A stretch of 64,000 bases of DNA from Dendrobates tinctorius (lineage: Eukaryota), in NCBI RefSeq assembly GCF_039654945.1, contig NW_027361807.1, positions 6,386,001 to 6,450,000 of the forward strand. Direction: 5' to 3'. The position numbers and the translations under genes were made by a program. The notes beneath the pieces were generated by a model. It did not search any database, was not told where the DNA came from, and saw only the letters and a program-made list of their open reading frames with translations. The stretch's first letter is position 1; the number at the start of each line of letters is the position of its first letter. Positions 13,211 through 25,981 of the stretch are shown piece after piece.

Positions 13211-13734
13211 AGGCCCCGTTACACATAACGATGTCCCAGCGATCCCACCAATGATCCGACATGATGGGATTGTTGGGACATCGTTAGGCTGATCGCTGAT
13301 CAGCTGTCACAAGACAGCCCCTACAGCGATCAGGACCAGCGACACTGGACACTGGTTTTCAAGGTAAACATCGGGTATCTAAGAGCCTCGCGACTCCTGG
13401 ATACCTGCTGTTTACCTTGGAAACCAGCGTGTACTCCGGTTTCCAAGGTAAACAGCGGGTATCCTGGAGCCGCAGCTCCTGGATATCCAATATTTACATT
13501 AGAAACCAGCGTCGCTGATCGCTGGTCTCTTGCTGCCACACGCAGCGATGCGAGCTGGCCAGCTGGAGTCCAACGATTGAAAAATGGCCCAGGCCGATGC
13601 TGCACAATCAGTGATAACCGGCAGGGGGGGCGGTCGCTGATCCCCGTCACACACAGCAATCTCACTGGCGAGATCGCTGTGGCGTCACAAAATCAGCAAT
13701 CTTGCTAGCGCGATCACTGTGTGTGACGGGGCCT
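13211..13734. mobile_element. PIF/Harbinger MITE
   Basis: TTA|AGGCCCCGTTACAC ... GTGTGACGGGGCCT|TTA. Same family as 57123-57783. Confidence 0.88.
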
Positions 13735-14541
13735 TTAGTGCATATAACACATGACTCCTTTAGTAGTCTTGTGGATGTGGAGGCCTACACAATGTTATCT
13801 GATGTTATCTGTAAATGAGGTATGGCCTATATGAGAACCTAAAAGAGTATGGCTTCTTCTGCAATTAGATGAGATGATCATATTGCCTCATGTGACAGTC
13901 CAAGGTGTCTCAGGAGGCATAATTTTACCACCACCCTAGGAATGGGATTCAGTAAGTTCCCTGATCTCTGCATTTAGAAGTGAAAACATTTGAAGTTATA
14001 AGTAATGCTGCAGGGGCAAAAGGGCATTAATCAACTCTCTGCACTGACACTCTGCCATGATGAGGTCACTTCATCATGTTGCTGACATCAATGCTACATA
14101 CAAAGGTGGCAAATATGATGGAGAATGTAAGTCCCTCATTTAGCCAAAGATACAGGTGACTTTTATTGTAGACAGGGTGTGTTAATGTGAGGGCACAGTA
14201 TGGCTGGGGGCAGTGTGCATTTTGGGAAAAGTGTGAGAGTGGACGCAGTATGAATAAGGGTTATTATGAGGGCACAGTATGTATAGAGAACCGTGAGAGG
14301 ATAGTGTGGCAGCTATAGCTTATAAGGAGGGCCAGTGTGGTAGTTATAATCCAAAAGGGAGGACTGCGTAGAGGTTATGGTTCATAAGTGCAGACAGCGT
14401 GGCAGTTAGCATTCATAAAAGAAGACAGGCTATTATGCATAAGACCAGACAGTCTTTCAGTTATAAGCCTATAAAGAGAGCACGGCACTCAGGAATAGTT
14501 TAGTTGTTGGTGCTCAAGTCAGGTATCCAACCCATCAATCA

Positions 14542-14673
14542 AAAATGACAAAAATCTTGGCACTCATATGTGAAATATTCAGACACTTTTATTTTGTGCA
14601 TCCAGACAGAAAGGTACCTAAATAAAAGTGTCTGAATATTTCACATATTGAGTGCCAAGATTTTTGTCATTTT
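14542..14673. repeat. Near-perfect inverted repeat (~53-bp arms, ~25-bp loop)
   Basis: AAAATGACAAAAATCTTGGCACTCATATGTGAAATATTCAGACACTTTTATTT ... AAATAAAAGTGTCTGAATATTTCACATATTGAGTGCCAAGATTTTTGTCATTTT. Confidence 0.9.
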
Positions 14674-15934
14674 AGTCTTTCGGTTATAGTTCATAAGAGA
14701 GATTGGTGTGGCAGTTGTAGTTCGTAGGGGCGACGTTGTGGAATTGCTAGTTAATAAGAGAGGACAGTGTTGAAATTTTAGTTTATAAATGCGGGTCATG
14801 TGGAGGCAATATTTTATAGAAGAGGACATTGTTGAGGAAATGTACCATAGGAGGGACCGTGTGGGGGTCATATATTTTGCATGGCGCTTAGTGAGAGGTA
14901 ATTATTTATTCAGGGACAAGCATGTGTAGATATTTTTATAAAAGTGGCATGTATTGTCAGTGGTTTTGTTGCTGTATTCAAGTAATGATGATGGTTTTGG
15001 TGCTGTATTCATGGCGATTGTACAGCTGTATTCATATAGTAATGATAGTTTTGTTGATGCAAACATGTACTGATGGTGGGTCTGGTGCTGTATTCTTGTA
15101 CTTATGATGGTTCTGGTGATATATTCAAGTACTAATATTCCTGTACTGTTTATTGTTCCAGTGATTCATGTACTGATGGTGGTTCTGGCACTGTGTAACG
15201 GTGTAACTAATCAAACGATTGCAGGTTCCAGTCCCCTAACATGGTAAAAAATAATGCAAAACATGGAAAAGGTTTTAGAAATTAAATGAAAATAATTCAT
15301 ATAATCTTCTTCTGTCTCTTATTAAATATAAATAAATGAAAAAATATTCACATTTGGCATTGACGCATCCATAAAGGTCCAGTCCAGTATATCAAGAAAT
15401 AAAATTCATTAACCAGTAAAGTATATAAAACTCAAAATGCCAGAATTAATTTTTTTGCCACCTCTCCTACCTCTGGTTTCCTTCCATTCTCTTAGGGTAT
15501 TTAGATTGTAAGCCCCAATGGGGACAGCAATGCTGATGTCTATAAAGGGCTGTTGAATCAATAGAGCTATTTGAGTGAGTAAGATAAATAAATTTGGGCC
15601 CAACTTTTACTAGCAAGTCTGACCCTTTCAGGAGACATTAGGGACTGCTTGGCACACTTTTGGCAATAACTTATACTTAGAAAAATCACCAGTCTGGGGT
15701 TGGCCACTCTTGAAGAATTAGAATTAGAGTTAGAGTTAGAACTTACCATTGATCTGATCTTCAATACACCAACTTTTCTTACTTTCCTTTTTACCTTATC
15801 TGAAATCATCTGCTTGTATTGGATCTTTATCGGCACACATAATGGAGGATTATATTACTGTAATGTATAATATGAATTCACATAGGCAGTAAATATCAAT
15901 TCTCACACAGGTCCTCTGCTTTCATGGGCATTAA

Positions 15935-16545
15935 AGGGAATCTGTCACCTCATTTTTACCCTATGAGATGTGGCCACTGCCATCAGGGGCTTATCTACAG
16001 CATTCTGTAATGCTGTAGATAAGCCCCCGATGTAACATGAAAGATAAGAAAAACGAGTTAGATTATACTCGCCCGGGGGTCCGGTCCGGTCCGATGGGTG
16101 TTGCGGTCTGGGTCCGGCACCTCCCATCTTCTAGCGATGACATCCTCCTTCTTACTTCTGCTGTGGCTCCTGCGCAGGCGTACTATATCTGCCCTATTGA
16201 GGGCAGAGTAAAGTACTGTAGTGCGCAGGCGCCGGACCTCTCTGACCTTTCCCGGCGCCTGCGCACTGCAGTACTCTGCCCTCAATAGGGCAGATAAAGA
16301 ATGGCTGTGCAGGAGCCACAGCAGAAGTAAGAAGGAGGACGTCATCGCTAGAAGATGGGAGGCGTCGGACCGGACCGCAACACCCATCGGACCGGACCGG
16401 ACCCCCGGTTGAGTACAATCTAACTCGTTTTTTTATCCTTCAGGTTACATCGGGGTCTTATCTACAGCATTACAGAATGCTGTAAATAAACCCCTCATGG
16501 CGATGGTTGCATTTCATATCAGAAAAATGAGGTGACAGATTCTCT
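15935..16545. mobile_element. TTAA-flanked palindromic MITE (T2/Kolobok type)
   Basis: TTAA|AGGGAATCTGTCACCTCATTTT ... AAAATGAGGTGACAGATTCTCT|TTAA. The whole element folds back. A related half copy lies at ~42790-43224. Confidence 0.9.
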
Positions 16546-18609
16546 TTAATTAATACCAAAAGAAAATTACAAACTAATATGTATTAGAGCAAATGTAAGG
16601 AGACTATAACAACAAAAACAAACCAAGAAAAGTGAACAAAAAAAACTTTCCCTATGTAGTTTCATTGTGTTTTTGGTATCCAGCATTGCAAAGTGTTCAT
16701 CTCCTACCTGTTTCCATTGTGTTGTGACTCATGCCTGCCTGCTCGGTTCAGTGCCGCTCTTACTGATTTGTAAGCCTCTACGATACATTGAAGTGCATTA
16801 TGCGCATCACTTTTCTAAGAATGCTATTGAAAAAGGGATTTTTTTTTAATTTTTTTGACCGATGGATTCATTTTTGTTTGCAGTTTTAAAAGTATGGAGA
16901 TTGCTTAAGGCATAGTAAAGATAAAAAGAGGCGATACATGAACAGTAATGTAGTTTTATCAAAGGAAATAATAAGAATGCAATATATAGATATATTTAAT
17001 GGATATGTATTTGACCAATATGCAAGGGGAATTGGAACAATGAGATAAGGAGAACAAGGGAGCAATGACTGATGTAAAATATTGCATTATTATTGGCTTT
17101 AGAGAAGAATAGTATCTGAAAGCTGAAAATCTATTAGCTGATGTTGCTGTTTAACCCCTGTATGACTAAAATTTGCTTTCTTTTTTTTTACTCTTTTTCT
17201 TCCAAAAGCTTTAACTTTTTATTTGTCCTACAACATAACCATATAAAGGTTTGATTTTTATGGGGCAAGTTGTAGTTTAGAATGGTACCCTTCACTTTAC
17301 CATGGAATTTACAGAAAAGGGAGAAAAAAAATCTAAGTGTGACAAAATGGTGAAAAATATATGATTCAGCGATTGTTTTAGGGGGTTTTTTTTAACCGTA
17401 TTCATTATGTGGTAAAATTGACCTGTCAGTATGATTCTCCAGGACAACACGAGTACAGAAATACTAAATTTTTAATTTTAGCTACAAAACTTTAAAAACT
17501 TAAACAAAAAATTCAGGACTTTGTAAAAAAAAAAAAAATCCTTCCCTAACTACACTATCTAACTGCTTTACTTTGCTTTTCACTTTAATGACTCTTCATT
17601 CAAGAATCCTAGTGCATGATGGAATGAACAATTGAGTCGTCATCAGTCTGCAGTCAGTGGCAAAATCTCTGCACCCCTCCCTGAAACAAATCATCATCAC
17701 TAATGTCTGTTTAGGGTCTGGGTTAGTCTCTGCTCTAGTGACCAATGTATGGCCAGTAGGATCTTGTCACTGTGCACTGATCTTTTCCCCTGTGCAGTAA
17801 CAATGCCCTCTGATCAGAAGTGATGAGCTACCAACAGAGCTTACTGTTAGTGTGCATTGTAAGAAGAGATCGAGTGCGCCACAGCCACATGTGACGTCTT
17901 GAACTGAGTTCTTGAACTCAATACATACACCTGTCATAACCACATGACGCAATTTTACAATATGTAGTCATGAACTGGTGAAAGGTTTAAATGATCTTAA
18001 TTTACTAAATTTCAATGGTTGCCTTATGACCAACCCTATCTATTAGCATTATTAAGGCATATGAACATTGTGAAGGAGGTCCTAAACTCTGAATCTCTTC
18101 TCGTTAACAAACAAAAAGATGTTTAGTAAGAGTGTATCTTGCCATGTCAATTTGACCTATCGATGTATTACATGGATCACAATTTATTACATTGCCCATC
18201 AGCAAATCTTTCCCCAGAAAGGCTATCTGTGGCTAATTGGGGTTGTCCACTACTTGGGCAACCCCTTCTCAATCATTATGTTCCCACCCATATAAAATAA
18301 TAACACCTATACTCACCTCCGGTGTCTGTGCCAATCCAGTGGTGTTGGCATAGGCTTTCCTAGGACTCATGTGACATTGCTAAAATTGATTTTATGGAGT
18401 GTCGGATTTTCAGAAAACATTACTTGATCTCACTCAGAACCAGCAATGAATCCATAGCGCACATCATAGAAGGACCACAGACTCCACTGGAACATAATCG
18501 GCATTGAAGGTGACTATAGGTGTTATTATTTTATAAGGGGGAGTCAGTAGTGTACCTACTTGGGGGGCTGAGAGTTCATTCACCCCTGGCCCTGCGCACT
18601 GAGGGGCAC

Positions 18610-19526
18610 TGTTGTGAATTCGCTTTCTGGCCTACCTCTGGTTACTAATGAAGGTAGTGGAGCTTAGCTGGTTATATTGACAGAGGGGTCGCAAGTTCTC
18701 TTTCCGGGCTCCCTCTGGTGGTTACTGGAGGTAATGGAGCTGATCTAATTAACAGAGGCCTGCCACCTGATAATGAGGAGGATGACTGGAGATCTGGAGT
18801 TTCTGACTGGATATAAGACAGCTGACTCCCTCTATCCCTGCTGGTGATTTTTTCCTGCCTCCTGAGGTCTTAGTTTCCTGCTCAGTCCCTGCATGCTCAG
18901 CTAAGTGTTCTTTTGCTATTGTTCACATTTGATCTGGATTTGTCTATTTCAGTTTTGTGTAGTCAGCCAGCTCCGGCTGGGGCTGTGCTGAATTTCCATC
19001 CTTATGTTACTGCTTGTGCCAGTTTGTTTTTGTCCATTATTAGATTGGCCTCTTTTTGCTCTGCTTTCAGAATATAGTAGATTGCTGAGATAGTGGGCGA
19101 AGTCTAGTGACTTCAGTATTTTTCTATCACACGTGTTGGGCATTTTTTGCAGGGTTTTTTGCGTGATTGCAGACAGAGTCTTTCCTTTCCTGTCCTGTCT
19201 AGTTAGTGTGGGCCCCATCGTTTGCTCAGTCTATTTTCCTACCTGCGCTTGTGTTTTCATCTTGTCTCACTGACAATATGTGTTTGGGGGCTATCTATTC
19301 CTTTGGGGTCTGCTCTGGGGCAGTTTAGAATTCCCCTTTCTTGCTTTAGGCTTATTTAGTTCTCCGGCTGTGTCGAGGCGTCTAGGATCATCGTAGGTAC
19401 GCTCCCCGGCTACTGCTCATTGTGTGGATAGGATTAGGGGTCTGCAATCCGCTTAGTTATCAACCTCTCTGGTTTTCTGTGGCTTAGCTTGGTCATGCTT
19501 TCCTCCTCGGTGACCCAATCATAACA
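18610..19526. mobile_element. Solo LTR (~917 bp)
   Basis: TGTTGTGA...TCATAACA termini and a perfect 6-bp direct repeat GGGCAC on both sides. Confidence 0.8.
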
Positions 19527-20472
19527 GGGCACACCCAGAGCTAGGTTATAGTTAGAAGGGTCCATTTTAATCAATAGATCTTGGAATAATAATGACTTCC
19601 ACAATTGGATGTGTTTAAATAAAATGTTCCTGTGCTGAGATAATCTTATAAATGTGCCCCTGCTGTGTACTGTGTAATGGCCGTGTCTCACCATGCAGGA
19701 ACATGGTCTGATCATACCACAGCTCCTGGGTGGGGGAGGGAGAAAAAACATTTACAGACATTACAGCAGGGGATCGCAGATGATGGTAACATCATACTGT
19801 GTATAAGGGAGTTGTATCATATTGTTCAGAGAGGAGCTGTACAGGGGAAGTCTCAGGAGACATTATTAATGTTAAGTGGGCCCTTATTGTTATAGGGGCA
19901 CTTGGGGTATTGTGACTGTCAAAGTGGCACACACTTCTAGGGGGCAAAATGTGAGCACTGGTTCTAGGTCACGTGTAAAGGGCATTAACATATTCTAAAG
20001 GTAAATTTTACCAACTAGTGTGCACAAAGGAGGCATTTTACATTGTAAGAAGCACAGTGGTGACCATTATTATGTGGGGATGTAAGGGTGCTGTTTTGTA
20101 CCCCACACTAGGTGAGTAATAGGGACACGGCAGCAGCGACCCAGTGGTTGCACCAGGATGAAGAGTTTGTGCAGGTTCAGAATAGATGAGGGAATGGGTT
20201 GGAAATGTGAAAAATCAAATGTGTCTTAATTGTAATCTCAATTAATGAGGAATATGGTGGTTCAAAGTCCGCACTGCCCAAGGTTACAAAAATGCAATCA
20301 CACGTGGAGGTGAAGCATGAATGCAGTTTTTTTTGTCAACACGGTCCCAAGGTTTTCAAACTTCTTCATCAGGACGAAACCACAATCTGTTGTAGATGAG
20401 TCATGGCTGGAGAAGTTATCATGCTGTACTGAATGACTCCATCAGAAAGAATGGCAGCTGTAAGTCACTATG

Positions 20473-21933
20473 CAGGGTGGTGTCCAAAAGTAGGTGGACA
20501 GAAAATAATAACATTTATTTTCATTTATATATAAAATTATATTTACTAACACAAGCATAACATTGACAATTAAATTTTATTCTGAACAATAATAAAAAAG
20601 CCCTTAAATGTTATCAACGCAGGTGCTCAAACTGTTTTCCATCCCAATTTGCACAGCTTTGAAGTCTGCCTCTTACGCTTCGACAAACATTTTTGCACAA
20701 GTCTCTTTGGGTATTAATTTCTTGAAATGCATCTCTTATGTAATTTTTCAAATCACTGAAACTTTTTGGTTTTCGAATATAAACTTTGTCCTTGAGTACT
20801 CCCCAAAAGAAAGAATCCATTCGGGGTCAAGTCTGGTGAACGTGCCGGCCGATCAAGTGGGCCTCTTCGGCCAATCCATTTATTAGGAAATGTTTCATCA
20901 AGATACTCGTGGATAACTCTTGAATAATGTGGAGGGGCCCCATCTTGTTGGAAATAAAGGTCATTTGAATTAGGTTGTTGCTGTAACTGGGGAACAACTT
21001 GATTCATTAGAATTTCGAGATACTTATCTCCTGTGACTGTTCCATAAAAAAAAGGTCCAAAAACACCAAAACTTGAAATCCCACCCCAAACATTGACACC
21101 AGGCTCAATTAGTTGTTGCTCTCATGTTAAATGCATGTTCTCATTATACCAGTAAATACAATTATGTCTGTTAATTTGGCCAGATAATTAGAAGCTTCAT
21201 CACTCCACATAATGTTATCTAAAATTGCTGGATTTTCTTCAGTTTCGTTAAGCATAATCTCACTAAATTGCAGCCGCCTGTCTGGATCATCCTCCAATAA
21301 ACCAGGAATTAGACGTGGACGATAAGCTTTCCACCCAATAGGTTTCAGGATTCGCATGAAGGAAGCTCGTGAAATTCCCAATTCTAAAGAGGCTCTTCTG
21401 TGGACTTTTTTGGACTCTGAACAAATGTTTCAGCAACAAGTAGTTTATTATTTTCTGTACAGGCTGTTTTGGGTCGACCAGTTTTTGGAACATTAAGGAT
21501 TGAGCCAGTGGCATCGAATTTGTCACGAATGCCGTAAATGGTTTGTCTCTTTGGGGCTTGAGTACCAAATGTTTCAACCCAATTTGCTCTAACTGTTTCA
21601 GCATTTTGAGATTTCCAATACTCTTTTAAAATCCATTTTCTTTGATCTGTATTTAAATTATTTGCCATTATGGGTTATCTGAATTATCTGAAAAGAAAAC
21701 AGATTTGGGGGAGATTTATCTGTGAAAAGTGGATCTGTGAAACTGACTCAGTTGCCCTTAGCAACCAATCAGATTCCACCTTTCATTTTCCAAAGAGTCT
21801 GTGAAGAATGAAAAGTGGAATCTGATTGGTTGCTAAGGGCAACTGAGTCAGTTTCCCTTTACACCATGTTTGATAAATCTCCCCCTTCATAACCCTATTA
21901 CACATACTGACCACCTACTTTTGGACCACCTTG
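20473..21933 (-). mobile_element. Tc1/mariner DD41D (rosa/Visitor) transposon, full length but frameshifted
   Basis: TIRs CAGGGTGG(T)GTCCAAAAGTAGGTGG / CCACCTACTTTTGGACCACCTTG|TA. Transposase pieces run 21668 to 20614: N-terminal HTH (APKRQTIYGIRDKFDATGSI...GRPKT), WSDEA, QQDGAPPH...ARSPDLTP-x-DSFFWG, giving 41 residues between the 2nd and 3rd D (one position falls at a frameshift). Confidence 0.88.
21707..21885. mobile_element. Small palindromic MITE inside the DD41D 5' region
   Basis: GGGGGAGATTTATC ... GATAAATCTCCCCC, with an internal palindrome. Confidence 0.75.
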
Positions 21934-23502
21934 TACATAACTGTACTGCAACCTCTTGTATGTTCTGCAGGACTGGCATCTACCCCTACATTGTTACCAT
22001 ATGGCGGTAATACTAGTGTTGGTCTTTGTATAGTGATTTTCTTTCAGTAGCAGCCGGGCCAACAGCTGAGTTTCCCCTATAAATATTATTAGGGTGTGGA
22101 ATCATAGTTGTAATCGAGGTTACCTGATTAGGGGCCCACTCAGATGTCCCCCCCCAAGCTGAACCCCTAGCTATGCCTCTAATGAGGAATATACGTATAG
22201 AGAAGGGGTTATCTGAATAGTGGACAACCCCTTTAAAGAGTGATTGTCGTTTTATTTACTATTTCATAAACCAAAAGTGCACATAAAATTAGAAATCTGC
22301 TTTTTCTTCTCCTGTATTTTCATTCACTTTTCTCAATTCACGATTAAAATTTGTATTCAGTGATGACAGATTTTCCCATTACTGAGATAGGAGATGGCAG
22401 TTGGTGCTCATAAAACTATGGAGAGGGAAGAGGAAAGAGGGGCTAGAGGCTGATACTGATATTCTCCTGCAAGTTCTCCTGATTTTTACACTTTAACAAC
22501 TGATCGCTTGGGACTAGTTGATTATTTGACTGGTTTAATTTTAAAAACAAGGCAACCCTTTTATATAGAAGAGGAATACGGTAGTTATTATATTTTTGAA
22601 AGGTCATAGCTATTTTTACTTTTTATTACTGTCATAATTGTGTCACCCGCATCTTTACTGTATCATCTGTATGGAACATGATGTGTATTTAGTGTGGCAG
22701 CATATGTGCTTTATGACAAATAATGTTGTAAAACATATCCATAATAAAAACCAGACAGAAGTAATATGGTTTTTGCAGTGATACTACCTTTTTCAGAATT
22801 AGACACCATAAGAATAACTAGATTGTCAAAAACCGCGGCAGAGCTCCAATACCATTTGGGTTATCGCTTAGCTAGCTATCTCTATTAAATGCAAAGCCAA
22901 TAGTGATCTAGCACGTTTATCACACAGGGTGGCAAGAAAAATTGACAGGCCCCTCCATGCAAATTCTTAGCCGTGAAAGAAACTCAGTGAGGTGTCCTCA
23001 ATTAGGAGAATGCGCTGGGCTACCCAGAAGCACTGCTGTAAATATGACCTTTTCATTCAAAGGATTAAGTAAGAGTGAAGAGGCGGGAGGGGGAAGGTTT
23101 AGCTGTGTATGGCCATTAATGACAATAGACATTATTCAGTGAAAGTAGATATTTATTTCCATTTTCCTTTTCTATGCACACTCAATAGATCATGAATATC
23201 AGTTACTATTAATAGTCAGCTTCTTGCAGGTGTTGTTTGTATCATGATTTTATTACTATGCTACCATTATTATTATAATTAATTGCTATAGTTTATCATC
23301 TACATTTGAACAAGTATCTAGCAAACTATTAATACCGTGTTATTAAGGAAGACTATAAATACTGTAGATTAAAGAAGTTGTCTCATCTTACTAAATGAGT
23401 AAATGTTAGGCACGTGGTTGAGGACCCACTGCTCCCTGTTCCGGTGATAGCATGAAAGGGTGTAACACCTGGTTCTTCACTAAAGACTTGAATCCAGGTG
23501 GA

Positions 23503-24825
23503 TGGGTCGCCCTCCCAGGGCTGTGGGGTACTCGGTACCGGGCCGGTCTCTCAGATGGGAATATCACAGCAGCAGTGACCCAGTCCGTGGCCCTGGGCGC
23601 CCATGTAAAAGGGATTGAGTTGGGAATAGAGTTTCCCGCGCGCTCTTCTCCTTTTGCGCTTTTCGGCTGGCTCCGCCCACAAAGGCCTGCCCCCTTTTCT
23701 TCCCACACGGGATAATGGTGGCAATGGCGCCAACAGTCCACAAAACACTCTCTGGCACAAAGGACCCGGGGATACCGGGCTCCATAATCCGGTTCGTGAC
23801 GCAAAAAAATTGGGTCGCCCTCCCAGGGCTGTGGGGTACTCGATACCGGGCCGGTCTCTCAGATGGGAATGTCACAGCTGCGGTGACCCGGTCCGTGGCC
23901 CTGGGCACCCATGTAAAAGGGATTGAGTTGGGAATAGAGTTTATAAGTGAATGATTCGTGACGCCACCTGTGGAGTTCGGCAAGGGAGGTGTTAAGCCGA
24001 TGCTGCATGCAGATCCTCTGGGACTGATGGTGTAGTGCAGCTATGATGTTGTAGTCGTCCACAGGCAGAGCTGTAGTCCCAGGGCAGTGTAGATAAAGGG
24101 TTAGGAAGAAGGTGCAGTGTTTGACACTGAGATGTAGCAGTGCTGAGGATGTCGCAGGAAGGAGGCAAGGACACGATAGGGTGCAGTTTCTTTACCTTTA
24201 CTTGGCAAACGCAGTCCAGGGTCCTGATTACAGATGGCACAGGAGCAGGCTAGCCTGGAAACAACTCAGGGATCTCTCCATCAGATGGGTTGTGTAGTCT
24301 CCTTCCTAGCGCTGGCTTGAGGGACATCCAGTACTGTGTTACACTGAAGTCTCTCCTTCTTATCTTCTCTTAGAACTACCTCGTATGGCAGACAGCTGTA
24401 GCCCTCTATCTCTCTTGGCTCACCCGTCGATGTTGTGCCTCCGAGTCTTAGTTGGGAATAGAGCATTTACAGCTTCCTATTACTCTGGTTTCTGTTGCAG
24501 GACCTTCAGTATCCATACAACCGTGGAGACCAGACTCCAGATCATGCGCTTTCATTGAGAGGGAGCTCTCTATCCTCAGCTCAACCTCCAGCTTCTCTAC
24601 ACTCGTTGCCCTCCTCACAGTAACTCCTCATTTCCCTTCCTGGCCCTCAGAGAGCACTCCTCCCCCAAATCTGGTTCTGAGCTCCCTCTGCTGGCCTGTA
24701 GTGGGAACTGTGTTGCATGACATGGTTAACTGTTAGAGAGACCCTTCATTGCTTCCAAGCCTGACATCACCCTCCCTGGAGGAAGGCAATGCCTCTGTGG
24801 CGACCATACTATTGGGGGCGCCACA
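23503..24825 (-). mobile_element. Internally deleted LTR retrotransposon (complete 5' LTR 23811-24825, PBS region, ~175 bp of internal sequence, last ~130 bp of the 3' LTR)
   Basis: TSD TGGA (23499-23502 / 24826-24829). 23503-23634 duplicates 23811-23942. Minus-strand LTR reads TGTGGCGCCCC...GGGCGACCCA. Confidence 0.88.
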
Positions 24826-25162
24826 TGGACACAAAGTGCAACTCCCGGATGGACACCTAAAGCTGCGGCAGCTGACTTCCAAGGGGACAGGGAAGTAGGA
24901 CCGGCCAGGAACTGGTTAGCAGTATGTATGAGGCAGGTAAAAGCAGAACTTGTACAGGAACATGGGTTTTCCATAGGTGTGGGATCACTGGTGCAGGTAC
25001 ACAGGAGCAGGTACAGATGGATCAGGAACAGGAGTAGGCACAGGCAGGAAGGGTTAAGGTATAGTCTTAACCCATAGCCTTACAGTGGAAACTTATCTGG
25101 AATAAGCATGATGCTAGATAGTAACAATGCAGAGCAACATACTTCATAAAACAGCCCATAGC

Positions 25163-25434
25163 TAGTGATAAGCAAGTATACTCGCTGCTCGGGTGTCCTA
25201 ATATTCTGGAGTGCTCGGAGATTTAGTTTTCGTCATCTCAGCTGCATGATTTGCAACTGCTAGACAGTTTGAATACATGTGTGGGTTGCCTGTTTGTTAG
25301 GGAATCCCCACATGTATGCAGCCTGTTTACAAGTCGCAAATCGTGCAGATAAGACGACGAAAACTACATCTCCGAGCACGCCAAAATACTCGGAGGACAC
25401 CCGAGCATACAATGAGTATACTCGCTCATCACTA
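25163..25434. mobile_element. hAT MITE
   Basis: TIR TAGTGATRAGCRAGTATACTC and a perfect 8-bp TSD CCCATAGC. Confidence 0.92.
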
Positions 25435-25629
25435 CCCATAGCATAATATAACATGCATATAGCATATGCATAGTAACTTGACAAATTAATCTCCAGTAAA
25501 ACAAAGATAATGGTAGCCAAGCCCGGATTGGCCACTTACCCAACCGGGCATTTTCCCGCTGGGCCGCCATTTTCATACACTTATGGGACGCTGGCTGGGT
25601 GCCCGCTCCTCTGGCCGCTTGCCAGATAA

Positions 25630-25981
25630 GAGCATGCTCAGACCTAAAAAACCTGATCTGGCCACCAGATCCGGCACATTGCGACGCTCATAGACGTGTC
25701 CGGCTTTTTCACCGGAGACAAAAAACGTTACAGTTGCGTGTCCGGCTTTTTCGCCGGAGACAATAAAACGTTACAGTTGCCGTTTTTTCCAGACGCCGGA
25801 TTGCAACACATTGCCGGATCCGGCCAAAACCGGACGAAACGCATGACCATCCGGCGCGATCCGGCACTAATGCAAGTCAATGGGGAAAAACCGGATCCGA
25901 CATTGCATTTCGCCGGATCCGTTTTTCGTAAAAATAGCCGGATCGCGCCTGACGGCGAAAAACTGATGTGTGAAAGAGGCC
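25630..25981 (-). mobile_element. Isolated terminal fragment of the same Harbinger family as 26921-32337
   Basis: Reverse-complement similarity to ~26921-27285. Ends ...GATGTGTGAAAGAGGCC|TAA. Confidence 0.8.

Larger units (their letters stand above)
18238..22232. mobile_element. T2/Kolobok-type MITE expanded by nested insertions
   Basis: Termini GGGGTTGTCCACTACTTGGGCAACCCCTTCTC and GAGAAGGGGTTATCTGAATAGTGGACAACCCCT|TTAA are ~4 kb apart and enclose a solo LTR and a DD41D element. Confidence 0.55.
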
